Shown: positions 9,342-20,307, numbered from the stretch's first letter. The stretch is DNA of 64,000 bases from an uncultured Chitinophaga sp. (GCA_964355075.1 CAYHCF010000006.1:32821-96820), one strand, 5' to 3'. Notes: a model not told the origin generated them from the letters alone. Made by a program: numbers and translations.

Positions 9342-10553
9342 ATGCCGTCAATTTGTTTTTATTTTCAGGTTCATCAGCCATACCGTTTAAAGCCATATAC
9401 CTTTTTCGATATTGGGTCGAACCATTATTATTTTGATGATGAAAAAAACAGGGATGTATTAAACAAAGTTGCTGATAAATGTTATTTGCCGGCAAACAGA
9501 TTGATGCTGGAACTGATTGAGAAATTCCAGGGTAAATTTAAAATCTCCTACTCAATTAGTGGTGTGGCGCTTGAACAGTTTGAAGCCTGGCGGCCGGATG
9601 TTTTGCAAACTTTTATTGAATTGGCAAATACGGGTTGTGTCGAATTTATTTCCGAAACCTATTACCATTCGCTGGCGTATGTTTTTTCTAGGAATGAATT
9701 TAAGAAGCAAATAGACCAGCATCGGCTTTTAATAAAAAAATATTTTAAACAGGAACCTAAAGTTTTCAGAAATACGGAACTTCAATACGATAATGAACTT
9801 GCTAAAGTGATTGAAGATATGGGTTATGAGGGCATCATTTGTGAAGGTGTTGACCGGATTCTTAATGGCCGGTCGCCAAATCATTTATATATAGCTCCAA
9901 ATGCCAACAAGATAAAATCCTTGCTTAAAAATTACAGATTAAGTGATGATATAGCCTTCAGATTCAGTGACAGAACCTGGAGTGAGTGGCCACTTACTGC
10001 CGAAAAATTTGCTGATTGGATTCATGCGGTTGCCAAAACAGGCGAAACCATTAATTTGTTTATGGATTATGAAACTTTTGGCGAACACCAATGGGCAGAA
10101 AGCGGCATTTTTGAATTCATGCGGTATATGCCTGGTTATGTATTAAAGCATCCTGATTTCTCCTTTAAAACTGTTTCCGAAACGGTAGCTTCCTATCCGG
10201 TAAGGGATACCTACGATGCTCATATACTCACCAGTTGGGCTGATTCTGAACGTGATTTATCAGCCTGGTTGGGTAACCCATTGCAGGATGAATCCATCGG
10301 TAAAATTTATCAGATTGAAGAAGAAGTTTATCAAAGCGGAGATAAACTACTGATAGATACCTGGAAAAAAATGTTAACCAGCGATCACTTTTATTATATG
10401 TCAACAAAATACTGGAATGACGGGGATGTTCACAAATACTTCAGCCCATACGATTCGCCTTATGATGCGTATATATATTATATGAATGCATTGAGTGATT
10501 TCAGATCGCTAATAAAAAAAAAGTTCCAACCAAAATTAAAAAGTAAACATTAA
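9342..10553 (+). CDS. Glycoside hydrolase family 57 (alpha-amylase / alpha-glucan-acting enzyme)
   Basis: 403-aa ORF with the N-terminal FQVHQPYRL motif (GH57 region I), DYETFGEHQW and SDHFYYMSTKYW. Confidence 0.85.
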   Translation: MPSICFYFQVHQPYRLKPYTFFDIGSNHYYFDDEKNRDVLNKVADKCYLPANRLMLELIEKFQGKFKISYSISGVALEQFEAWRPDVLQTFIELANTGCVEFISETYYHSLAYVFSRNEFKKQIDQHRLLIKKYFKQEPKVFRNTELQYDNELAKVIEDMGYEGIICEGVDRILNGRSPNHLYIAPNANKIKSLLKNYRLSDDIAFRFSDRTWSEWPLTAEKFADWIHAVAKTGETINLFMDYETFGEHQWAESGIFEFMRYMPGYVLKHPDFSFKTVSETVASYPVRDTYDAHILTSWADSERDLSAWLGNPLQDESIGKIYQIEEEVYQSGDKLLIDTWKKMLTSDHFYYMSTKYWNDGDVHKYFSPYDSPYDAYIYYMNALSDFRSLIKKKFQPKLKSKH

Positions 10554-10601
10554 ATCCGGATAGAACCGGATTAAATATTTTTTCGATAATTTTGGAAATA
10601 A

Positions 10602-13283
10602 TTAAAGATTAAATTTAATGCCTGTATTTATCTGACGGAAACCACCTGGCATAATACCGGATGAAACCCTGTGTAAACGGGATGCTTTATACACTTCATC
10701 GCTTATGTTTTTTGCTGCAATAAAAATGCTTAATCCGTTTAAATATTTATTTTTATGTTTTTCAAATGAATAGGCAATATTTGCATCTATCGTTTTAAAG
10801 GCCGGTAAACTTCCTATTGCACCTTCTGATGTTTCATTGTTAAAATTTAAATAATCGGTAAACTGTTTTGCAACATAATTTATGTTAACATAAATGCTTA
10901 AACCCTGGTACGTATAAGTGAATCCAATGTTTAAAATATAAGGAGGTAAATAAGGTACGGTATTGTTTGAAATTCCATCCTTGCCAAAAACAAAATCCAG
11001 TCGTTTTATTTTACCGAAATCAGCAAGTTGTAATTCTGTTGTTACCAAACTATCCTGCCCGGCTGCTCCCGAATAATAAACATCAAACCCTTCTCTTTCT
11101 GCATTGATTTTATTAATCAATTCAGATAAAGTGGCATTTGTATGTTTTGCTTTTAACAGGTCAGAGTCTTTAAGCAAACCACTTAGAATTTTTCCAGTCA
11201 TCAGAGTCCCTGTTAAGTTTAGAACAATCTGATGTTTTTCACTATTTAACAATTTGTGTAAATTAAGATTGAAGGCAGTCTCAATTCCATTAATGTTTAC
11301 TGAACCTAAAGTTTGAAAGGCCTCATTTCTTCCAGCAGAGTAATAATTTATTATATTATTATTAAAATATACCACCTGAATATTGGCAAATTGATTCATT
11401 ACATCACCTCTGATTCCTGCTTCATAATTAAAACTGAGTTCAGGTTCACGATTGATAGGTTTTTCTGATGTTGGGTTTGAAACAATACCCTCTTCGACAT
11501 TTAAAAAAGCATAATCAGCGATTGGAGCAGTATAGCCTTTATATAAACCCCCGAATACATTTAGTTTGTTGGAGTGGTTGTTTATTATTGTATAGGCCAA
11601 AGCAGCACCCGGAATAAAACAGGAGTACATATTTTTTTGACTTCCAAAATATTTGTTTCCGGTATTACTGCTCATTTTTGAAATGGATAATTTATCAAAA
11701 CCTGACATTTCAACCCATTCATACCTAAAAGAAGGTGTGATTGCAATGTTACCATAGATGAATTTGCTTTTTATAAATCCCGAATAGGCACCCAATTCAT
11801 AAAATTGGTCCTTATCAATGATACCACTTCTTGCAAAACGTGATGAATCATTTTTTATCTCAACATTCGCAAACGTTTCCCAATGACCTTTTACTGTGGC
11901 TTCAAAATGAACAGCCAACTTTCCTTTTTCAATCGTATATTTTAAAGATTCTTGAATGCCTGCAACTGTGAACAAACGATTACGGGCTCTGGTACTTTCT
12001 TTGCCGGCAGCAACTTTACCTACTCTGATATAATCATCATACCCAAAACTTTTCCCGTTCAAATAAGAATATCTGTCGGTGTAAAAGTCATTACCTAAAT
12101 AGGTTTTTGCAGTTGAAGCTTTTATTAGGGTGTTTTCCTGGCGCCACCAGTCACGTTGAAACTGGGAGCCATATACTTTTGAGGACAAAACGATGTTTTT
12201 ACTTATTTTGAAATTAAATATTACATCAACTCCATACCTTTTTGTGTTCAGATCATCTGCATCAAAGGGATTTTGACGCGGGTCAACAGCAAATGTATAA
12301 GGAGTTAATGCACTGTAACTTGCTTTTGATTGCTCCTGGTGATAGTTTAATTTTACATATAGGGATGTACGGGAATTTAATTCAGTGTATAATTTTGCTG
12401 TGGTATTGAATATTGCTGATTGAGAATTTTCCTGAAATCCACCGAATTGCTTGTTTAGCACCTGTAGTTCGGCTCCTATTTTATCCCAGGTTCCACCATA
12501 GGTTATGTACTGAGAATGATAACCTTGATTACCACCGGTATAATTTATGCCCAGAGTGGGTTTGATGGGTGGTTTTTTGGTAATATAATTAATTGCCCCG
12601 TAAATGGTATTGCTCCCGTAAGCTAATATATCTGATCCTTTTAATATTTCAATTCCGTCGAGCCGGTCACTGGGTGGATTATAATAAGCTTCGGGTGCCA
12701 GGTAGGGTGCAGGTGCAATGGGTGTTCCATCTTCCATTAATAAAATATTGCAGGATCTTCGGGGATAGGAACCTCTGATACCTACATTCAAACGATTTGA
12801 TATTCCCATGTCTCCGGAAACGTTTACGCCAGACACCTTTTTTAAAATTTCTTCGGAACCAATGGGTTTGCTAAGCATTATTTCCTTTGATGAAATAATA
12901 AAATTGGAACCTTCATACTTGTATGAATAATTCGCAGGACTGACAGAAATAATTACTTCATTCATTTGAATCGCATTTTTTTTCAGCTTTACTACCGGGA
13001 TTTCAACAATTTCGTTATCGTGAACGATATTTACGATCAATTCAATTTTTTCAAATCCTAAAAATCCAAATGTGAGATTATGTACCCCAATTGAAATGTC
13101 AGAAAACAGAAAGTTTCCTTTAGAATCTGTATTTTTATTTAAGATTCCATCTATTATAACCGAAACGTTTGACATGGTTCTGCCTTCATCTTCCGTTTTA
13201 ACAACCCCCTTTAAAACCGCATGTTGTGCAAAAGTTGAAATAACCAATAGCGCTAACCCAACTGACATTATATATTTTTTCAT
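10602..13283 (-). CDS. TonB-dependent receptor with carboxypeptidase-regulatory-like N-domain
   Basis: 893-aa ORF with a signal peptide, then LKGVVKTEDEGRTMSNVSVII (CarboxypepD_reg-like), a plug region (VSGVNVSGDMGISNRLNVGIRG) and a beta-barrel ending in ...INTGIKFNL with a terminal aromatic-type motif. Confidence 0.9.
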   Translation of the reverse strand: MKKYIMSVGLALLVISTFAQHAVLKGVVKTEDEGRTMSNVSVIIDGILNKNTDSKGNFLFSDISIGVHNLTFGFLGFEKIELIVNIVHDNEIVEIPVVKLKKNAIQMNEVIISVSPANYSYKYEGSNFIISSKEIMLSKPIGSEEILKKVSGVNVSGDMGISNRLNVGIRGSYPRRSCNILLMEDGTPIAPAPYLAPEAYYNPPSDRLDGIEILKGSDILAYGSNTIYGAINYITKKPPIKPTLGINYTGGNQGYHSQYITYGGTWDKIGAELQVLNKQFGGFQENSQSAIFNTTAKLYTELNSRTSLYVKLNYHQEQSKASYSALTPYTFAVDPRQNPFDADDLNTKRYGVDVIFNFKISKNIVLSSKVYGSQFQRDWWRQENTLIKASTAKTYLGNDFYTDRYSYLNGKSFGYDDYIRVGKVAAGKESTRARNRLFTVAGIQESLKYTIEKGKLAVHFEATVKGHWETFANVEIKNDSSRFARSGIIDKDQFYELGAYSGFIKSKFIYGNIAITPSFRYEWVEMSGFDKLSISKMSSNTGNKYFGSQKNMYSCFIPGAALAYTIINNHSNKLNVFGGLYKGYTAPIADYAFLNVEEGIVSNPTSEKPINREPELSFNYEAGIRGDVMNQFANIQVVYFNNNIINYYSAGRNEAFQTLGSVNINGIETAFNLNLHKLLNSEKHQIVLNLTGTLMTGKILSGLLKDSDLLKAKHTNATLSELINKINAEREGFDVYYSGAAGQDSLVTTELQLADFGKIKRLDFVFGKDGISNNTVPYLPPYILNIGFTYTYQGLSIYVNINYVAKQFTDYLNFNNETSEGAIGSLPAFKTIDANIAYSFEKHKNKYLNGLSIFIAAKNISDEVYKASRLHRVSSGIMPGGFRQINTGIKFNL

Positions 13284-13591
13284 AAAATTTTACTTGTTTA
13301 ATGAAACATTCTTACTTTTAAATAGTTCCATATTGTGGGTTCAAAATTAAGCTATTTATATTTAGTCTAAATAAAAATAGAATGATATTTATCAGGTTTT
13401 GAAGCAAAAAAAACTGGCCATATAATTGAACAGGCTTTCCTGAAATTAGTAACTTAAGGAGGAATCAGGGGCATTATATTGGAGTATGAATAAACCAAAT
13501 GAAAAGATGGCACTGCATGTGGATTAATGACAGCAAAGAGCTCAAAGCAAATCGGCCAACTGCCAGACTAATGGATTAAATTGCCAAACCC

Positions 13592-15991
13592 TTAGTTAAA
13601 TCTGCTTGGATCATATTTTCGCATCATTTCAAATAGGATGTCAAAAATCTCCTCTGCATTGGGCTTGCTAAAATAATCGCCATCGGTACCATATGGCGGG
13701 CGATGAGCCTTTGAAGTAATGGTTATTGGTTTATCATCGAGATGTATATAAGCACCTTGTTTTTCCAAAATTTGCTGAAGAATATATGCACTGGCACCAC
13801 CGGGTACATCTTCATCAACAATAACTAACTTATTGGTTCTTTTTACACTTTCTAAAATCGAATGATGAATATCAAAAGGTAATAAAGTCTGGACATCAAT
13901 TAATTCCACACTTATTCCGACCTCTTTTAATAAAATGGTAGCTTCCATCGCAATCCTTACGGTTGATCCATAGGTAACAAGCGTCAGGTCATTTCCTTTT
14001 TCTAAAATTTCGGGAACGCCAAGGGGAACCGTGTAAACGCCAACATTATCAGGCATTTTTTCCTTCAAACGATATCCATTCAAGCATTCAATAATCAATG
14101 CGGGTTCATCTCCCATCATGAGCGTTTGATACATACCCGCTGCCTGAGTCATGTTTCTGGGGGTAAGCATATACATTCCTCTTATCGCATTTAATATCAT
14201 GCCTATAGGTGAGCCGGAATGCCAGATTCCTTCCAACCGATGTCCCCTTGTTCTAACTATTAAAGGTGCCTTTTGTCCTCCTTTTGTACGGTATTGAAGG
14301 GTTGATAAATCATCACTTAAAGGTTGAAGTCCGTATAACAAATAGTCAAGGTATTGGATTTCGGCAATGGGACGAAGTCCTCTTAATGCGGCTCCAATTC
14401 CATGACCGATAATGGTTAATTCTCTGATTCCTGTATCAAAAACGCGGCTTTCTCCATATTTGTCCTGCAATTCTGAAAAGCCCTGATTTACATCTCCTAT
14501 TTTTCCGAGATCCTCTCCAAATGCCAATACCCTGGGATCTTTATCAATTAGCTGATCAAAAAATGCAACCAGTATTTCTCTTCCGTCAACTACCTTACTG
14601 TTTTCAGAAAAGGTAGGTTTTATTTCCCGGGTTAGGAGTGTGTTCTGGTTGGATTGACTATGCAGAAAAGAACTATACCTTTCATAATTCTGAATCAAAA
14701 AATCTTTTTTCCATTGAACCAATATTTCCCTTTGCTCCATTTTTTCGCGTAAGGTTAATCGCATCACTTTATTCGCAGCAATACTAATGTCCTTTCTGAT
14801 TGGATCAGCAATGGAAGATAATGCCTCTTTTATTTCAATGATTTTTGAACCCTGACTGCTGGAAGTCGCTATTTGTTCAAAAATGCCACATACCGTATTT
14901 AACTCAGTTTTTATAGGATTTAAGTATGCTTCCCATGCATTTTTCTTCGAAATATTTACCAGAATTTTCGATTCATGCTCTATATCATCTAATTCTTTTT
15001 CTGAAGCTATTTTATTACTGATAATCCATTCTTTAAATCGCTTGATACAATCATTTTCTATCTCCCAGTCTAAACGTTCTTTATTCTTATAACGTCCATG
15101 CGAACCTGAGGTTGAATGTCCTTGTGGCTGGGTTAGTTCAGTTACATGAATGAAACAGGGAATATGTTTTTCGCGTGCCAGTTTTCCGGCCTCCTCATAG
15201 GCATTTATTAATGCAACATAATCCCAGCCTTTCACAACATAAATCTGATATCCTTCACCTTTTTCGTCTCTTTGAAACCCTTTTAATATTTCCGAAATAC
15301 TTTCTTTGGTTGTTTGATATTTGGCCGGAACCGATATCCCATAATTATCATCCCAAACCGAAACGATCATAGGAATCTGTAAAACGCCACCTGCATTGAT
15401 AGCTTCAAAAAAATGACCTTCACTGGTGCTTGCGTTGCCAATTGTTCCCCAGGCTACTTCATTTCCATTATTAGAAAATTTATTGGGTCCGATCAATTTG
15501 GCATTTTGTCGGTAATATTTAGATGCATGCGCCAATCCAACCAATCTTAACATTTGAGCGGCAGTTGGAGAAATATCAGATGAAGAGTTTTTCAGGTCTT
15601 TTAAATCTTTCCATTCTCCGTTTTCATCCAGGGTACGGGTTCCAAAGTGACCGTTCATCATTCTTCCTGCACTTGCCGGCTCAGCATCTACATCAGCATG
15701 GGCATATAATTGAGCAAAAAATTCCTGAACCGAAAGTAAACCGGAAGCCATCATAAAGGTCTGATCCCTGTAATAGCCACTTCTAAAATCCCCGTTCCTG
15801 AATGCTTTGGCCATGGCAATTTGAGGCAATTCCTTGCCATCACCAAATATTCCAAATTTTGCTTTTCCGGTTAAAACCTCTTTTCGTCCCAGCAAACTGC
15901 TTAAACGACTTTGAATAACGATCCTGTAATCTTCAAGAACGATTGCTTTATATTTATTATCAGATTGAGTAGTATTAGTAACCATATTCAT
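13592..15991 (-). CDS. 2-oxoacid dehydrogenase E1 component, fused alpha/beta subunits (ThDP-dependent)
   Basis: 799-aa ORF. The N half resembles E1-alpha (GIFGDGKE..., GNASTSEGHFFEAINAGGV). The C half resembles E1-beta (VLAFGEDLGKIGDVNQGF, RVFDTGIRELTIIGHGIGAALRGLRPIAEIQYLDY). Confidence 0.85.
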   Translation of the reverse strand: MNMVTNTTQSDNKYKAIVLEDYRIVIQSRLSSLLGRKEVLTGKAKFGIFGDGKELPQIAMAKAFRNGDFRSGYYRDQTFMMASGLLSVQEFFAQLYAHADVDAEPASAGRMMNGHFGTRTLDENGEWKDLKDLKNSSSDISPTAAQMLRLVGLAHASKYYRQNAKLIGPNKFSNNGNEVAWGTIGNASTSEGHFFEAINAGGVLQIPMIVSVWDDNYGISVPAKYQTTKESISEILKGFQRDEKGEGYQIYVVKGWDYVALINAYEEAGKLAREKHIPCFIHVTELTQPQGHSTSGSHGRYKNKERLDWEIENDCIKRFKEWIISNKIASEKELDDIEHESKILVNISKKNAWEAYLNPIKTELNTVCGIFEQIATSSSQGSKIIEIKEALSSIADPIRKDISIAANKVMRLTLREKMEQREILVQWKKDFLIQNYERYSSFLHSQSNQNTLLTREIKPTFSENSKVVDGREILVAFFDQLIDKDPRVLAFGEDLGKIGDVNQGFSELQDKYGESRVFDTGIRELTIIGHGIGAALRGLRPIAEIQYLDYLLYGLQPLSDDLSTLQYRTKGGQKAPLIVRTRGHRLEGIWHSGSPIGMILNAIRGMYMLTPRNMTQAAGMYQTLMMGDEPALIIECLNGYRLKEKMPDNVGVYTVPLGVPEILEKGNDLTLVTYGSTVRIAMEATILLKEVGISVELIDVQTLLPFDIHHSILESVKRTNKLVIVDEDVPGGASAYILQQILEKQGAYIHLDDKPITITSKAHRPPYGTDGDYFSKPNAEEIFDILFEMMRKYDPSRFN

Positions 15992-16094
15992 AGTTTCATT
16001 CCTTTACCGTCCAAACGTAAAGTTTTTTATGCATTCTTCAAAATGACCATTTCGCAGGGATTAAGTCATTTTAACTTTTTTTTAAGTTATGAAT

Positions 16095-16125
16095 TTTGTT
16101 ATTGCATGTATTGTTCTTATTTTTG
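16095..16125 (+). promoter_or_regulatory. Bacteroidota sigma-A-type promoter match (TTTG-N19-TATTTTTG)
   Basis: TTTG at 16095-16098 and TAnnTTTG at 16118-16125, 49 nt upstream of ATG 16174. Confidence 0.45.
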
Positions 16126-16173
16126 GAACGGTAATTGTTGATGAAATATAATTGTAATTTGAAATTTTTAAAA

Positions 16174-16626
16174 ATGAAAAAAATAATTTTAACCACCCTT
16201 ATCGCCTTTGGCGGTATGATTGCTGCACAAGCTCAAACACCTGATGTACAACCTGCTGCTGCTGAAAATCCAAATCAGGCAGAAGTTAAATTTGTAAAAG
16301 AAACGCATGATTTCGGGCCAATCCCTCAAGGAACGCCAGCCTCTTATTCTTTTGAATTTAAGAACACTGGAAAATCTCCCTTGATTATTACAACAGCTTC
16401 TGCCAGTTGTGGTTGTACTACCCCTGAATGGACTAAAGATCCGATTGCACCCGGTAAAAAAGGATTTGTGAAGGCTACTTTTAATGCCGCAGCTCCTGGT
16501 CCTTTCACAAAAAGCGTAACCGTAATGAGCAATGCAAAAAACTCTACAGTTATTCTTTACTTAAAAGGTGACGTAAAAGCAGCTGAAGTAAAACCTGTTG
16601 AGACAAAACCAGCTGAAGTAAAGTAA
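16174..16626 (+). CDS. DUF1573 domain protein (secreted)
   Basis: ORF 16135-16626. The ATG at 16174 gives the signal peptide MKKIILTTLIAFGGMIAAQA. The DUF1573 hallmark ASCGCTTPEW is present. A predicted promoter lies at 16095-16125. Confidence 0.85.
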   Translation: MKKIILTTLIAFGGMIAAQAQTPDVQPAAAENPNQAEVKFVKETHDFGPIPQGTPASYSFEFKNTGKSPLIITTASASCGCTTPEWTKDPIAPGKKGFVKATFNAAAPGPFTKSVTVMSNAKNSTVILYLKGDVKAAEVKPVETKPAEVK

Positions 16627-16640
16627 TTGTTTAAAAATTA

Positions 16641-16681
16641 ACCTGCACATAAATCTGTATGGATTTGTGCAGGTTTTTTTA
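16641..16681 (+). terminator. Rho-independent terminator after the first DUF1573 gene
   Basis: acctgcacataaatc / gatttgtgcaggt stem (one bulged base), a 6-nt loop, then a run of T. Confidence 0.75.
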
Positions 16682-16691
16682 TTTTTACACC

Positions 16692-17144
16692 ATGAAAAAA
16701 TTAATTGTTAGCGTTTTCGTTTCGCTGTTTGTTGGCGTAATTTCTGCTCAAACTACTGATGAAAAGAAGGATAGTGAAAGCAAAACAGTAATTGAATTTG
16801 AAAAAACAATTCATGATTTTGGGAAAATCTTTGAAGGCAGATCTGCTGAATGTGAATTTGTTTTCGTTAATAAAGGCAAAGTGCCGCTATTATTAACCAA
16901 TGTTCAGCCGGGTTGTGGGTGTACCACTCCCGAGTGGCCAAGGGAACCCATTATGCCGGGTCAAAAGTCAAAAATTAAAGCTATTTATAACCCGGGTTCT
17001 TTTAAAGGGCAATTTGGAAAGGGGATAACCGTCTATTCAAATTCAACCAATTCTCCAACCCAGCTAACTATAAAAGGAGTTGTGGAAGAAATACCAAAAC
17101 AGCCGCAATCTCCTGTAAAAATTGATGTGGGCGGAGGGTTTTAA
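16692..17144 (+). CDS. DUF1573 domain protein (secreted), paralog of the previous gene
   Basis: ORF 16659-17144. The ATG at 16692 gives the signal peptide MKKLIVSVFVSLFVGVISAQ, and the motif PGCGCTTPEW is present. The longer ORF-track start would overlap the upstream terminator hairpin. Confidence 0.85.
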   Translation: MKKLIVSVFVSLFVGVISAQTTDEKKDSESKTVIEFEKTIHDFGKIFEGRSAECEFVFVNKGKVPLLLTNVQPGCGCTTPEWPREPIMPGQKSKIKAIYNPGSFKGQFGKGITVYSNSTNSPTQLTIKGVVEEIPKQPQSPVKIDVGGGF

Positions 17145-17803
17145 CGTAAATCAATCACCTCAACTCCCGGGTATTTTATCGGATCAAATGCAAATTGATT
17201 ATCGTCGTATTTAATATTGGCAACCTGATTGGTAACGCTATAAGTATGTATGGTCCCGCTTTTCTCAAAAACTTGTGTGCTGATGAGTGTTTGATTTGTT
17301 TTATCAATTAACAGTTTAATCTTAAAAAACTTCTTTTTCTTGTCTTTTGGAGTGAGTTCGACAGAGACCATTTCCTTATTATCTTCTTTTTTTGATTCAA
17401 TTGTTTTATACAGGTAACCTCTCCCATACATGGTAAAAATATCATCTAATTTAATGGCTCCATCTTGTGGTGAATATTTATTTACCTGTACCTCGTTCAC
17501 TTCACGGGTATAAGTCCAGATTGTTTTGTTATCACAAATTATCAATTGATTGGCTATGTCTAACCTGAATTTATTGCCCTTAATTTTGATGGTTCCTTTT
17601 TGCTTTTCCTGGCTTTTTTCCTGCTTATTTTCAAGTATATAAGTGAAATCGGCTTTCATGCTCTTAAAGGCCTTATACCTTTTGGATACCCGATTGACTA
17701 ATTTTTCAGCATCATTCGGTTTGATAATTTGACCCTTTACTATTCCAATAGTTATCAGGCAAATAAATAAGATTGTAATTTTTTTCACTATGCAAATATT
17801 CAC
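17141..17803 (-). CDS. lolA: LolA-like outer-membrane lipoprotein carrier protein
   Basis: 220-aa ORF with a signal peptide. It overlaps the ftsK stop by 4 nt, matching the conserved ftsK-lolA arrangement in Bacteroidota. Size and beta-rich sequence are consistent with LolA. Confidence 0.7.
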   Translation of the reverse strand: MNICIVKKITILFICLITIGIVKGQIIKPNDAEKLVNRVSKRYKAFKSMKADFTYILENKQEKSQEKQKGTIKIKGNKFRLDIANQLIICDNKTIWTYTREVNEVQVNKYSPQDGAIKLDDIFTMYGRGYLYKTIESKKEDNKEMVSVELTPKDKKKKFFKIKLLIDKTNQTLISTQVFEKSGTIHTYSVTNQVANIKYDDNQFAFDPIKYPGVEVIDLR

Positions 17804-20307
17804 ATTTTTTTCAGGATTTCATCTAATTCCGCCTCTGTATGAATCAAAACTTCACGGGCTTTACTTCCTTTAAAGGGGCCAACAATTCCTGCTTTCTCCA
17901 ATTGATCAATTAATCTTCCTGCACGATTATACCCAAGGTTGAGCCTTCTTTGTAATAAAGAAGTTGAACCCTGTTGATGAACAACAATAATTCTGGCAGC
18001 ATTTTCAAATAGTTCGTCTTTGTTATCATTATCAAATCCTTCCCCATCGCCAACATCTTCATTTTCTGTTTGAATGAGTGGTAGCAAATAAGGCTCCCGG
18101 CCTTGCTGACTGCCAATAAACTCTGTTATTTTTTCTACCTCAGGTGTATCTACAAAGGCACATTGAAGGCGAATCAGGTCATTGCCATTGCTAAACAACA
18201 TGTCTCCCTTACCTATTAACTGGTCGGCTCCATTGGCATCTAAAATGGTTCGGGAATCAATTTTTTGGGAAACCCTAAAAGCTATCCGGGCTGGGAAATT
18301 GGCTTTAATGGTTCCGGTAATAATGTTTACACTGGGTCTTTGTGTAGCTAATATTAAATGGATTCCTATGGCACGTGCAAGTTGAGCCAATCGGGTAATT
18401 GGGTATTCAACTTCTTTGCCCGCTGTCATCATCAAATCAGCTAACTCATCAATAATCACTACAATATATGGTAGATAACGATGTTGGATTTTGTCGGTGG
18501 GCGGAAGACGCCTGCTTACAAATTTGACATTGTATTCTTTCAGATTCCTTACCTGTGCGTCTTTCAGTAAATCATACCGTTCGTCCATTTCTACACATAA
18601 TGAGTTTAAAGTATGGATGACCAATTTTGTATCCGTAAGGATGGCATCCTGATCACCCGGAATTTTGGCGAGAAAATGACGTTCAATGGTTTTATAAATA
18701 TTCAACTCTACCTTTTTAGGGTCAACCAAAACAAATTTTATTTGTGAAGGATGTTTTTTATATAATAAGGAAGCTAAAACTGCATTTAATCCTACCGACT
18801 TACCTTGTCCGGTTGCCCCCGCCATAAGTAAGTGAGGCATTTTGGCAAGGTCGGCGACAAATATTTCATTTGAAATCGTTTTGCCAAACGCTACCGGTAA
18901 ATCCATTTCCGCATTAACAAACTTTGGAGAAGATAAAACGGAACGCATCGAAACAATTGCCGGAGTGAGGTTAGGAACCTCAATGCCAACAGTTCCCCTG
19001 CCCGGAATTGGGGCAATAATCCGGATACCCAAAGCGGCTAAACTGAGTGCAATATCGTCTTCCAGATTTTTAATTTTTGCAATCCTGACTCCATCCATCG
19101 GAATAATTTCATATAAAGTAACGGTTGGTCCGATAGTCGCCGTTATGCGTTTGATTCCTATCCCGTAATTTTTGAGGGTATCCTCAATCATTCTGGTTTT
19201 TTCGCTTAATTCGGCTGTTTCAACCTTAGCCTTATTATCGCCATAATCTTTTAATAAGTCAATACCCGGATATTGATAATTACTAAAATCGAGGGTAGGA
19301 TCAAAGGGCTCATCAATGCCATAATGTGATTTTCTTTCTACCTTTTCAGGTATTTCCTCTTCAGCTGCTTCCTGAACCTCCAGAACCAAGCCACTAACCG
19401 TTGTGAGTTTGGCTGCGGGCTCTTGTGTGGGTTCAATAATAGGTTCTTCCTCCATCTCAGATTCAATTTCTTCCGGATCTTTTTCGGGATTCATTTCATT
19501 ACCGGTCTCCAAAATATTAGAAGGAATTGCTTTATCAATTAGAATAAAATCATCCGAATTTATGGGGAATTCTTCGGGTGTTACCTCATTGATATCAAAA
19601 GGCTTATCCAATCCAACCAGATCACCCGCTAAATTTTTAGCTAAGGGTTCCTTAGGTTCAAAGAAATTGATATTAAAAATTGCAATTAAAAAGATCAATA
19701 AATAAGCAACTAATGCCAATCCGGTTCCCAACGAGCCCAATAATCCTTTCAGGAACAGAAATCCATAATAGCCAAAAGATCCGGCCAAAACCGGGAGCGT
19801 GTCACCGAAAACGAAGCCCATTGTGAGTGATAACCAAATTCCGGCAAAAAAACTATAACGCAGGGTTTTAGAAATTGGAATGGGTTCTTGTTTTGTAAGC
19901 AGCAAAACACCAATTGAAAAGAAAATGACCACAAAGGCAAATGCCGAAATTCCAAATCCTTTGTAAACAAATATATAGCTGAGCCAGGCACCGGCTAACC
20001 CCAGAATATTATCAGCTAAATCTGGAGTAATTTCGGATAAAACACCCCAACTTATTGATTTTACAAGGCTTTGGTCACTTTGCCAGCTGGCAAAAAAAGA
20101 TAAGCAGGAAATAAAAAGAAACAAAGAAGACAAAATAAAAAAAACGCCCAAAGATTTTACAAAACGTTCATCCGTTAGAAATTTCAGAATTTTCCGGTCA
20201 TTAACTCCTTTGGTTTCTTTTTTTGTAGGTTTTTTCTCCTCATCAAGGGAATCCTTTTTCGGGAATTCCTTTACGTCGTCGAAGATTAATTTGTTTTCCT
20301 TTGCCAT
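17800..20307 (-). CDS. ftsK: DNA translocase FtsK
   Basis: 835-aa ORF with N-terminal TM helices, an acidic linker, a motor domain with Walker A MAGATGQGKSVGLN and VVIIDELADLMM, and a C-terminal gamma domain (QQGSTSLLQRRLNLGYNRAGRLIDQLE). Confidence 0.95.
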   Translation of the reverse strand: MAKENKLIFDDVKEFPKKDSLDEEKKPTKKETKGVNDRKILKFLTDERFVKSLGVFFILSSLFLFISCLSFFASWQSDQSLVKSISWGVLSEITPDLADNILGLAGAWLSYIFVYKGFGISAFAFVVIFFSIGVLLLTKQEPIPISKTLRYSFFAGIWLSLTMGFVFGDTLPVLAGSFGYYGFLFLKGLLGSLGTGLALVAYLLIFLIAIFNINFFEPKEPLAKNLAGDLVGLDKPFDINEVTPEEFPINSDDFILIDKAIPSNILETGNEMNPEKDPEEIESEMEEEPIIEPTQEPAAKLTTVSGLVLEVQEAAEEEIPEKVERKSHYGIDEPFDPTLDFSNYQYPGIDLLKDYGDNKAKVETAELSEKTRMIEDTLKNYGIGIKRITATIGPTVTLYEIIPMDGVRIAKIKNLEDDIALSLAALGIRIIAPIPGRGTVGIEVPNLTPAIVSMRSVLSSPKFVNAEMDLPVAFGKTISNEIFVADLAKMPHLLMAGATGQGKSVGLNAVLASLLYKKHPSQIKFVLVDPKKVELNIYKTIERHFLAKIPGDQDAILTDTKLVIHTLNSLCVEMDERYDLLKDAQVRNLKEYNVKFVSRRLPPTDKIQHRYLPYIVVIIDELADLMMTAGKEVEYPITRLAQLARAIGIHLILATQRPSVNIITGTIKANFPARIAFRVSQKIDSRTILDANGADQLIGKGDMLFSNGNDLIRLQCAFVDTPEVEKITEFIGSQQGREPYLLPLIQTENEDVGDGEGFDNDNKDELFENAARIIVVHQQGSTSLLQRRLNLGYNRAGRLIDQLEKAGIVGPFKGSKAREVLIHTEAELDEILKKM

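Noticed and set aside
13284-13591. A possible cobalamin or other riboswitch in the 308-bp region upstream of the TonB-dependent receptor gene.
   Set aside because: I read both strands looking for a B12-box-like GCCACTG/AGYCMGG core and the GGGAA/GGTG elements, and found only loose resemblances (ggcactgc, ggaatcagggg). These lie on the plus strand, which has no downstream target gene. A covariance-model scan (Rfam RF00174 and others) would be needed to revisit this.
16135-16691. The longer ORF-track starts for the two DUF1573 genes (16135 and 16659). The same issue arises at 22907, 39892, 43421, 56492 and 58064.
   Set aside because: The internal ATGs give clean signal peptides or canonical N-termini. 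The extensions overlap a terminator hairpin, a promoter box or the upstream gene.
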